DNA from: Eutreptiella sp. 'Long Island Sound 2002'
Lineage: Eukaryota; Protista; Euglenida
Direction: 5' to 3'
Length of the DNA: 64,000 bases
Assembly: GCA_964036045.1 (NCBI GenBank)
Contig: OZ038378.1
Location: forward strand, 2,356,001-2,420,000
Position numbers and translations under genes: made by a program. This document shows positions 40,001 through 52,000 of the stretch, piece after piece; the first letter of the stretch is position 1, and every line of letters begins with the position of its first letter. The notes below the pieces were generated by a model that saw only the letters and a program-made list of their open reading frames with translations, was not told the DNA's origin and did not search any database.

Positions 40001-43000
40001 CAGACATGTAATAGAGAAGGGAAGGGAGGGGAGGGGCCTCAAGCATCGGAATCATCCTCCCACTCGTCGCGTGCCCTCTTGCCGGTACTCTTGGGGCGAG
40101 CACGCTTCTTTGGCCGGGCTGCTTGCGATCTTGTGACCCGGCAGGCTGCCGGCCCATCAAACATGGATTCCGATGGCACATAGTCACTAGTGCCAGACGG
40201 GGCACTGCTGCTCGAGGATGCACTCGTACTGGAGGAGGCACTGGTGGTGGAGCTACTGCAATGGGGGGGGGGGGGGGACCCCTCAATTTTGGACGCCAAC
40301 TCCCCCCCCAACTAACTGTTGGCTGGAGGCCCCTTTGGGGGGGGGGGGGCTTGGAGAGGGGGGTTCCCCAGGGGGGGGGGGGTCGGGCACCTCCGAACAG
40401 TTGGGTATGCGGCCCAGGTGTGATCCGACAGTTCGCACCACCCCTTCCCACAATAGAGGGTAGGGTATCATCGGCTTGGGTATTCCCAGCCACACTGGGA
40501 ACTTCAGGGGGGTGGGCTCCTGAGGCGGTCATGGGATTAGAGTTACACCATGCCACAAGACATACATACATGTGTGTGTGTGTGTGTGTATAGGGGTTGG
40601 AATGCAATTGCGAAAGCGTGGTCATAGCAACTCGGGGCGGTGGCCTCGGACCACACCGCCATAATGGTACATCACCCCTCCCCACTTACACCACACTTGC
40701 ACCAGCCTTCTCCCCCAACGTTTCAAGGAATGAAAAAGAAGGGCCTGAGACCAAGATTGACTCCTTGGAACACTTTCTACGGATCGACCTAAGGAGGGAG
40801 GGGCCTAAGACCAAGAGTGGCTCCTTGGAACACTTTCTACGCATCGACCTAACAGAGGGAGGGGCCTAAGACCAAGAGTGGCTCCTTGGAACACATTCTA
40901 TGGAACACATGCATCGACCTAAGAGGGCAAGGAAGGGGTGTCCCCCGCTACTGGGGAGAAATCAATGGCTCCAATAAGTGCGCCCCCTTAGTGCAGCCCC
41001 TACAATGCTACCGGTGGGGCACGGGTCAAAAAAGATGCCCGGCGCGTGCCACGTTCCTCCAACGTTCCCCCATTGGGCGCCCATTGGCTCCTTGGGTTCA
41101 TCCCTTTGACAACTAACTGTTGGCCGAAGGCCCCTTGGGGGGGAGGGGGGGGGGGGGTAGTTGGCGTCCTAGGACCCGCGGAGTCGCCCCCCCCCCCTCC
41201 CGTGAACTGCTGCTGCTACTACTCCCACTACTACTAGCCATTTTTAGAGATGGGGAACCGCCCCATTTGCAACTTAGCCATTTGTGCACACCCCATGGAG
41301 CATTGAAGTGTGGTAATCATCAACTGCAACGCAACATAGCCATTTGTAGAGATGGGGAATCGCCCCATTGGCAACTTAGCCATTTGCGCACACCCCATGG
41401 AGCACCGAAGCGTGGTAATCATCAACTGCAACACAACATAGCCATTTGTAGAGATGGGGAACCACCCCATTTGCAACTTCCCCCACTCGAGGCCAAAGCG
41501 TGGGAGTCCATACCCCCAAACCAAGAGGCCACGCCAAAGCGTGGGAGTCCGTATCCCCAACTCGAGGGGCCACGCCGAAGCGTGGGAGTCCATATCCCCA
41601 ACTCGAGGGGCCACGCCAAAGCGTGGGAAAGAGAGACAAGAAAGAAAGAAAGAATGCAGCACCGGCATTCGCCCCGGAAAGAATTTGACGCTGCACTTGG
41701 GCCGGGGTTTTGCTCCAAATGCACGATCTTCACTTCACAAAAAACAACATTTATATAGCGGCCCGTCTTGCTAATCTTTCGCTGGAAAGCACTTTGCAAC
41801 AAACGACATTTGTCAAGCACCTCGTCTTGCTAATCTGGCGCTCAAAGGCACTGATGGTTTGATGAAAAGGAAGCATACATAAAAAAAAGGGGGGCGTTGT
41901 CGGCGCCATGCAAAAAAAAGGGGGCGCCGTTGGCGCCATGCCCCCAACCCACTATCTCTCAAAAACCCGTCTCCGTCCCCAACTCAAGGGGCCACACCGC
42001 AGTGTGGGAGTCAAAAAAAACAAGTGGGAGGCAAAATTGTTTAACTTGTCTTGTCCCCATGCACAGGGGCCCCAACAAAAGTAGGAGGTCGCTTTGTGCA
42101 TTTTTGAATTCCCCTAAAAGATCCGAGCATTTTGGGTGTAAACACATGTGGTGAAAACAAAACTTCGCCCTGTACCGGGTTCCTAAAACAAAATCTCTGG
42201 CGCCCCTGGCGCCGACAAAGCACAATATTGTTCCGTGTAACAATTTTGGGTCCGTAGAGCCCCCCCTACCCCCCCTTTGGGGTCAGGTCCTGACCAGGAT
42301 CGGCCCCCGTGCCCGTAACTTCCCCAGAACTCCCCCCCCCCCCGTAACTTTCCCACAACTTCCCCATAACTTCCCCATAACTTCCCCATAACTCAATCTC
42401 CTGTGCTCAATCCTCTGCACCATTTGCCCAACCCCAACCCATACCTCACATGCGCCACTGTCACCCTGTAGGCGTCCCAAAAAGGTGGGAGGAACCATCA
42501 CTTCTCTTCTCATCCAATCACTTCACCCCGCGCCTCCTTCCCATCCCCCAAATCGAAACCTGATTGTTTGCAGCATTCACAATCTTCCAGATGACGTTGT
42601 GCCAAGCGTCATCGAATATATCCGCCTTCAAGGTGGCGGACAGCACATCGCCTCGCGCATCCCGCATGTAGAATAGGATCGACCCTTTGTCGAAATTGAA
42701 CTGGGCGTCGGTGTTGAACTCCACGCACAGGCACGCGTGTTTGCGTGTGGTGTCTGTGATGTGCATCAACGACATCATGTCCGTGCGCACGTTTGTTTTG
42801 AACCAGAAGTCCTGGGCAGCAGAAAAGGTGAAGAAGGTGGAGATGGGGCCAAGGTGGTGCAGGAGGTTGGAGTCCGGAGCAAGTGATGGAGGGGGACAGG
42901 GGATGGGACCAAACAGCACTGGGAACGCTGGGGTAGTGGTGGCGAACGAGTGATGGAGGGGTGGGCAGGTTTGGTGTGGACGGAGCGGTGGATGACAGGG

Positions 43001-46000
43001 GACGGCATGCCGCAGCACTTGTAGGCGAACGTTGATACACGGGGCACAAGGGGAACGTTGACAGAGGGACCCGTCGTCAGTGACGAGAGGAAAGGAAAGT
43101 CCACCCGCGCATTCAACCGACCCCCCAACAGTGCACTTCCCAACAGACATCACGCGTGACCAGCCATCACAGTTCCATGGGCACATGAAAGAAGACGGGG
43201 CTATCCCGGTCCGGTCGCTGCGCCACACCATGCGACAACTTGCGGCGCGGAGCAGCACTGGAGCACGGCCGGTGCAAGAGAGCAAAACACAGAGAGGGCC
43301 ATACCACTGTACAGTTCCCGACGTGCTTCCCAAACTCGCCAAGATTGCCGAGGTGGACGTAGGAGTCCTTGCCATTGAAATGCAGCGAACCCTCCGGGAT
43401 CTCCACCCCCTGCCACGGAATGTTCACCAAGTGCCCATTGCGCCCGTGCACGATGTCTCTCACCGATGTGCCAGTGCCCTCGTTCATGGGCCAGTGCCCG
43501 AGCAGTGCACGGGATTTGTCATATAGCTTGAGGCCCATGACGTTGCCAGCGAATTGATGGTCCAGTTCGGGCTACGAAACACGTGCGTGAGCGGAGAGGT
43601 GGCACGAAAGCCACGGCACCTGCCGTGCCACTGGCTTTGCCGTCATTGACAGACGTGAACAAATGTGCGGAGTCCAGAGGGAAAATGGTTCCAAATTGGT
43701 ACTGCAAAACCACAAGGGCTGAGTCACAGTTCCCAACGGTTGCCGAACGCCAAGTGCAACACATACTTCTCAGTGTGGCGCACACAACTCATCTCAGATT
43801 GGTATCTGACCAGCGACCTTGCACTAATGCTGCACCTTCTGCCAATTGAGCTACCAGGGCCGTTGTTAAAACACCCACCAGGGCAGCATCGTGTAGGTAG
43901 CATGTCAGACCATAAAGAAGATGAAGCTCTATGGAGGTGTGGCGGGGCTGCAGGGGGGGGGGGGGGGTTGATTAAGGTGAGCTAAGCAAAATATAGGTAG
44001 AACCTTTGGTAGACTGACCTTCTTTAACACAGCCACCCACCATGAGCGCCTGGATTGCAACCACGCAAAGGCACATAACTTCAAAAAGGAGTGGGAACGA
44101 GGAACGATGCAAATTGGCGGGTGAAAAGCACGCTTCAGGGGTGGGGGAATTGAGGGCCAAGTAAATGCGCCGGTTGGTACTTCTGGGTGTACACTCATTT
44201 GGGTTTTCAAAAATTGTCTCCGTTGCTTGTCCATAGGCAGCAGGGAACATATTTTTGGTAGGTGAGAGTGGGACAGTTGTCTTTTTTGCTCACCAGTGAT
44301 GCTTCTGCCCCTAGGCATCCCTCCCATGCCGGCACCAGCATGCTTCACACTCAGTCATACCCATGACTGTGAAGTTTCGAGGGTGCTCACCACCACTGTT
44401 GTGGGACATGTAACACAGAGCAGAGAGTTCCGGGTCACCAAGTGTTTCACATCAGCGGTGCACAGCATTTCCAGGCATTTTGCCTTTTGGAGATAAAGCA
44501 GGGGTGGCTTGGCACTGTGGTCTGTGAACAGGCCGCCTGGTCCCTTGTGCAGGAGGGGCAGAACTAGCAGAAATTCCAAAGCCAACATGCGGTGGCCTGG
44601 TTGCTACAAGCATGGTCCGGGCGCCCAGAGTGTCTTCTGTGTGTTTTCCTGTGTTCTTGTGTGTGTGTGTGTGTGTGTGTGTCTGTTTATGGGGGGGTCT
44701 GCGTGGTTTAAGTGAGGGCATGGGGTAGCAGGCCAAGGTCTTTGTTGTCAGAGGATTTTGCCCATCACAGCTGCACCCATCACAGCATCAGTTTACCTAC
44801 CTTGCGCAGCTCACTGGACCTTCCGAAGCTTGATCACTGCCAATTCCGGTTCCAGTGGTGGCAAGTGCAGCGATCCTTCCCTGATTCCGCGCTTCCCCGT
44901 GCCCCCTTGCAGACATCTCAAATTTGGTCCCTGGGTGTCCAGGCTTGTCAGTACTCCGACGCAGGGTGTTGTGTTGTGTTGCGTTGCGTTGCGTTGTGTT
45001 GTGTTGTGTTGTGTTGTGTTGTGTTGTGTTGCGTTGCGTTGTGTTGTGTTGTGTTGTGTTGTGTTGTGTTGTGTTGTGTTGTGTTGTGTTGTGTTGTGTT
45101 GTGTTGTGTTGTGTTGTGTTGTGTTGTGTTGTGTTGTGTTGCGTTGCGTTGCGTTGCGTTGCGTTGCGTTGCGTTGCGTTGCGTTGCGTTGCGTTGTGTT
45201 GTGTTGTGTTGTGTTGTGTTGTGTTGTGTTGTGTTGTGCTGTGCTGTGCTGTGCTGTGCTGTGCTGTGCTGTGCTGTGCTGTGCTGTGCTGTGCTGTGCT
45301 GTGCTGTGCTGTGCTGTGCTGTGCTGTGCTGTGCTGTGCTGTGCTGTGCTGTGCTGTGCTGTGCTGTGTTGTGTTGTGTTGTGTTGTGTTGTGTTGTGTT
45401 GTGCTATGTTGTGCTGTGTTGTATTGTGCCGTGTCATGTCGTGCCATGTCGTGTTGTGCGGTGTTCTGTCGTGTTGATGGTGTTCTGTTGTGTTTTGAGT
45501 AGTTGGTTTGTTTTCGTTTCGTTTCGTTTCGTTTCGTTTCGTTTCGTTTCGTTTCGTTTCGTTTCGTTTCGTTTCGCTTCGTTTTATGTGTGTCCCTTGG
45601 TATGGTGACATGTGGGTGTGTCACATGGAGGTAGTGTGCCAGCACTGGCCCTAGGTACACACACATACAGGGGGGCACTGGCAACACATCTGTCTGGCCA
45701 GGAATGGTCGCTGTTCTCAACGCTATGGGCGGAACAAACAGCATGGGATAGCTTCATTGCAACTGCCTGTGCCCCCGACAACTAAGGGCACCTCTCTTCC
45801 ACCCTCAAGGTGGTGGTTGCAAGCGCACACATACTAGCTACCACCTGCCCCTCTTCCAAAGCACACAACCTGCCTAGACACCACTCCGAACCTTGGTGGC
45901 ACAAACACCAAAAGCACACAACTACGAAGGCCCACTGCAGGGCCTCGGTGGAACACACACACCTGCATAACCACCTATGCCCCAGTGCAGGGCACTTGCA

Positions 46001-49000
46001 GAACAACCACAGGCACCCTTCCACGAATCGGCGAGAGGGGTGTTGCTATCTGGTGCTCACCATAGCGTATTCCTATTTGGTGCTCATACATCGATAGGGT
46101 AATGCATATGGAGCTCATAAACCCGTTGGGTATTGTCAGTTGGTGCTCACAAAACGAGGGTGTTCCTGTTTGAGGTTCATAAAGGGATAGAGTGTTAATA
46201 TTTGGGGTTCAGAAAATGAGCCACACTCCAGCCCAACCTGAGGGTGCTGTTCAAGAATACCAAAAGAAAACGGGGGCTGGATGTCAGATTGGGCTGACCT
46301 CTTACGCACGGGACCGCTCCCTCATGGGGGCCTTGGGGGAGGGAAGCAAATGAATAATGTCCGGATGCATTGTGCCTGCAATGATCTAGGATGACCTTTT
46401 GGTTGGGATGCATACCACACTCATGCACAACACTCGCAATACACAAGAGCACTCATGTTTCCTGCTCCACGGTGCTGTTCAGCTTGGTGGCTCTGCAGTT
46501 CATGTTCTCCCTCCCTCCACTAGGGCGGGGGTGCCATAAAAGTTTGAACGGGTATGCCAGTTGGTACTGCCAGGTGTACGTAGATGTTCGCCTTTTGAGG
46601 GAACTTTCCAAGAGGGAGGGGGGGATAAAGGTGGGGTCGGTTGGCATTTTCCGTATACTGCAGATGGTCGTGATTTGTGAGAATGTGCCTTCAGGCGGTT
46701 GCGGTGCATTGCTTTCGCTGCTCACCATTCACGGAGCCTCGATTTCCTTCTCCCACAGTTGGAGTGTGCTGCTGGCATCGCATGTTAGTTCGCATCACTT
46801 GACCCCAGCGCCGCAACTGCTTTGGAAGCACAGACCGTTGCTTGTCACCACAGTTGCATGCCAGGGCCCAGGGCCCCGAGTCACAGGGCAGTTCCGACAG
46901 CATCCCCCATCCTGTGGCTGATTGTCTGCTGCGCAAGTACAGGCCTAGTTGACCAGCAGGGCGGGGAGGTGGGACTAAAAAGTTGAAGAAAATTGCCGGC
47001 AGTGTTGGGAGGGGTTGCAGGGAGGGGGGCCAAACCGTTGATCACCTGTACTGGACGCGCACCCCCATATAGGCATACACTCGTGCACACGCGCATGCAC
47101 CCGCATCCACACTCACGTCCGAGTGCCAGCGCACGTGCACACACGCCTCACAGGAGGCACCAGTGCATACCTCACCCTCAGCATCAGTCCCCAACATCGA
47201 CATGCCGACACCAATCCACTGATCCCACTTCGCGAAAGACGTAGGGCCATCCGTGCGCCCAATGCCCATGTTCATGAGCTTGTTTCCGTCGATCCAGATT
47301 TGTTGAAAATTTGCAGAAGAGTCAATGACCTGCAATTCCAAAGCGGTGGAAATGGCTGCTGCTGGGCATCCCCTTGCCTTGTCCGTACCTTGACGACGAA
47401 TCTCATCCATTGGTCAGGTGGTCAGGTAGTCCACCAAAAGGTGGCATTCACCGAGGCCGGCACGGCGTATGGCTTTTCTGATTCACCCTCAGCCCCACCA
47501 CATCAGCGTATCCCCTCAACTCCTCGTTTAGGATCCATCTGATCACGAACGCGTTGGCGTGGGCCATTGCATTGGCCTCCAGTCCCCATTCACAGGTCAA
47601 AACCCACCCACCCCAACCCCCAAGCACAAGCCAGTTTCGGTCTAGCCCAGGGCCCGGGTTCAGGCCACCGATGAGGAGCACCTGAGCCCCAAAACCATCC
47701 CAAACCATCCAACGTTACTGAGGCTAAAAGCTCGTGTACTGACCCACAGGCCTACGTGTGCAGGAAAGGGACAGGGAGGACGCTGTAAACCGGTTTGCCA
47801 AGGCTGGGAAAGCGGGTGGGGTGGTTTGACCCTTCGAGGGTTCGCGCACCAAAAATGACCCAAACTTTTTCCCTGTCGTAAAATTGGATTTTTCGCCTGA
47901 GGGCTTTTGTGTCGATGTGTGTGTGTGTGTGTGTGTGTGTGTTGGGGGGGGGGGGGGTGTCTTCCTCAAGGAAATTTCCAAAGCATCACTGGGGAAGGGG
48001 GGACCACCACCACCCGGAACGTTGTAGAGCGAGGTGAAAGATTGGTGAAGCGGTTTGTGGAAGTATTTTGGGGGCTTCTGGTGGGTGTAGAGGGTCACAG
48101 ACCCTTGTGGAGGGTTGTGAAGACGTGCAGAGCACCACGTGGGGTTGTCATGGTCGTACAGGGTTATGAGGGCATAGGGGGATTTTGGAGTGTAGCCAGG
48201 GGTGCAGCTTGCTGCAGAGGGTTCTCGAGGCAGGGGGGCAGCAAACACCCACAGCAGGCAGGGGGAAGCAGGGGAACAGCAACCTCCCACAGAAGGTGGT
48301 GCCATCGGCCGTCGAAAACATCCTTCCGCGTAGCAGAGGTCATTTCTTTGCGCATGCCGTCCATGATGGAGAAGTGGAGGCTGCCGTCCTCGTAGTCCTG
48401 CTGCAGATTTTTGTTGAGCCTGACTGCTATCTGAGGCACGTGGTTCTGCGGGAGTGGGCAGAAAGTCATGAACAATGAATGACAGGGGTGGGCAAGGTGG
48501 AAGGGGGCAAGGCAATGTGTAGCCCCGCAGATGGCCCTGCTGGAAGCGCTAGCCGCCGCACTAGCCCAAGTTCCAATGCCAGCACAGCCCCATCCTCAGC
48601 CCTAAGATGGCGCAGGCCTGGCCCCAACCCCAGCTCCAGCGGTAGGCCTATCCCTCATTCAATCAAGACGGCACATTGGGTTTTGTTCCATGGAATTAGG
48701 TACGCCAGATGCCGGCGGTTGACCACCCACAAACGTCAGTAACCACCGTGGCATTACCGCCAACGGCCGTCGGTTAACCACGAGCTGGCACCCCCACCCC
48801 GCACCAATAGTGTGGGGGTGTAATCCGGCCGCCAGGGTGGCACCATCCGAGGCCGGGCAAACACACAACCCGGTGATAGGGCCGATGCGCCACGCAGTGG
48901 CCCCAGAGCGGGGTCGACCCCACCACACCCCGGGCCGTCTGGCCCACAAAGCACATGGGGCTAGGAAGGACTCATGGCAACCCCATGGGAACAGGGGCAA

Positions 49001-52000
49001 CCGGGAGGGGGGGGGGGATCGACAGAGCCCCCTGGCTAGACCCCCCCTCAAAAGGGCTCAATTGACGGGACCCCCAAAATCCTAACGAGACTGACCCCCG
49101 GGCCCCGGAGGTGACCCGGACCCAAAAATCGGCAAAAAATAAAAATGGGATTTTTGGAATCAGCGCTTCGAGGGGGTTCAGAAAAGCCATCATTTGCCAT
49201 ATATTTGGGGGGAAATTTTTCCATTTTTCATGCTCAAAAAAATTCTATTGCCTTCGGCAAGGCAATAGAATGGCAAGGGGAGAGGTGCGAGAGGGCAGTT
49301 TAAGAAGGGAGGAGACGCATGCTAGGGCAGGGACGCTATGGCATGAGGGGTTGGCATGCATGGTCACCACATGAAAACCATTTTGGTTGTCACATAGTGT
49401 CGGGCACCTCCGAACTGTTGGGTATGCAGCCCAAGTGTGATCCGACTATTCGCAACGCCCCTACTTGCATGTACGGTAGGGTTGCATCGGCTTGGGTATT
49501 TCCAGCAATGGGTACTGAAAACCTCAAGACTACGGGTGTCTGAGGCGGTCATGGGGTTTGAAATACAAACTGGGGTTAGAGAAAACATCATAGGGTGAGA
49601 AATGCATCAAGGGTAAAGTGGAAGTGAGTCAGGGTGCTGGTAAAGATGAATTGGACACGGTACACAAAACGGCTTGTATTGCGCATTCACCGTTGGTGTG
49701 CAAGAAAAGGAATGAGATGGATTGGAGAAGGGGTTGCATTGGACAATTGGACACAGTGCACGGAACGGCTTGCATTGCGCATTGTTTGTTGGTGTGCAAG
49801 AGAAGTAATGAGATTATTTGCAGAAGGGCTTGCATAGGACAATTGGACACGGTACACATAACGGCTTGCATTGCGCATTCACCGTTGGTGTGCAAGAGAC
49901 GAAATGAGATGATTGGAGAAGGGCTTGCATTGGTCAATTGGACACGGTACACATAACGGCTTGCATTGCGCATTCACCGTTGGTGTGCAAGAGAAGTAAT
50001 GAGATGGATTGGAGAAGGGCTTGCGTTAGGCAATTAGACACGGCACAGATAACGGCTTGTATTGCGCCACTACCGCTGGTGTGCAAGAGAAGTAATGAGA
50101 TGGATTGGAGATGGGCTTGCATTGGACAATGGGACACGGTGCACGGAACGGGTTGCATTGCGCATTGATCGTTGGGGTACAAGAGAAATAATGAGATGGA
50201 TTGGAGAAGGGATTGCATTGGAGAATTGGACACAGTGCACGGAACGGCTTGCATTGCGCCATTTCGCGTGTTTGGCACGGGTTTTGACCGGCCCTAGGCA
50301 GGGCTAGAGACTGCAAAAAAGGTCCTTTCGTATCCTTGTAGGCATATACTGTCACAACATCCCCACTTGCAGCCCTCGGAGTGGGTAGCGTGGGGTCCCC
50401 GAGGCCACCAGAACCGCCAACATAGCAAAAATGGCTAAAAACTGCATAAACTGCATAAAAGCGCTCGTCCCACTCCGCCCCATACAAACCCCATGGAGTC
50501 GGGACCCGGAAGCACTTTTTCAGCTCGGAATTAAAAAAAAGCAAAGGATTCATGATTTTCGACCTAAAAAAGGGGGGGGTCATTTGTTGACCCCCCACCC
50601 CCGACCCCCCTGCCCCCCCCCCCAACTCCCTCCAAACCTCCAAAAAGTGGGTTTGAATTGGGGGGGGCGCTAGGGGGGTCCGGACCAAAAACTCTTTGGG
50701 GGATGCGGTTATTGGACAAAACAATCATCTTACAAGGGGTTACACAAACCATTCAACCCCTCGGGGTAGGGTACGCGAATAGCCCCAAAAAGGCCCAAAA
50801 AGGGGGGGTATGTGGCGTTTTCCCCGATATACGGGCCTGCGTGTCTTTGATCTAACAACCCATGCGAGGTGATTCTATTGCCTTCGGCGAATCCACCTTG
50901 CGGAGAATCTACCCCAAGCAACACACACCCAAAATAGGGTAAAAACTACATAAATACGGGCTAAAACATGCTTGGATGGTCATTTTAGGTGGTCACGCTA
51001 TCAAAAAAAATAAGTTTCAGAAACTTCGATTTCTGAGCTGCCCAACGTGAAAAGCTACATACAGGTTGTGTACCAATCCCCTGGGAGCCCCCCCCCCGGC
51101 GCCGCCCCGAATTCAATACCCAAATAAAGTGAAAACCACATAAATACGGCCTAAAACATGCTTTACATACCTTGGATGGTCATTTTGTGTGGCCACGGGA
51201 TCAAAAAATAAGTTTTGAAAACTTCCATTTTTGAGCTGCCAAAGGTGAAAAGCCGCTTTAGCAGGTTGTGTACCAAACCCTTGGGAGATCCCCCCCACAC
51301 GCGCCCAATACCCAATACCCAAAAACACGTAAATACGGCCTAAAACATGCTTTGCATATCTTGGGTGGTCATTTTAGGTGATCACAATATCAAAAAAATT
51401 GTTTTCGCAAACTTCGATTTTTGGGCTGTCCAAGGTGAAAACTTCATCAGCAATATGTGGACCAATCCCTTGGGACCCCCCCCCCCCCCAAGCACTCAAT
51501 GCCCACATGAGGTGAAAAACACATCAATACAGCCTAAAACATGCTTTACATAGCTTGGAGGGTCATTTTGTGTGGTCATGATATCAAAAAAATGAGTTTC
51601 GGAAACTTCGATGTTTGAGGTGTATAGGCTGAAAAACTGCATAAGCAGGTTGTGTACCAATCCCTTGGGACCCCCCCCACCGCACCCAATACCCAAATGA
51701 GGTGAAAAGCACGTAAATACGGCCTAAAAGATGCTTTACAGATCTTGGATTATCATTTTAGGTGATCAAAATATCAAAAAAAAAAGTTTCGAAAACTTCG
51801 ATTATTCAGCTGTCCAAGGTGAAAAATTGCATAAGCAGGTTGTACACCAGCCCAATCACTCGTGTAAGCCATTATTGCTGGAAACAGTCATTTCCCGTCT
51901 CTAGCACGGGTTTTGACCGGCCCTAGGCAGGGCTAGAGACTGCAAAAAAGGTCCTTTCGTATCCTTGTAGGCATATACTGTCACAACATCCCCACTTGCA

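Noticed and set aside
44712-45744. Long ORFs of 190-315 aa (CCVVL / TQHNT repeats)
   Set aside because: They are translations of the pentanucleotide microsatellite, which contains no stop codons.
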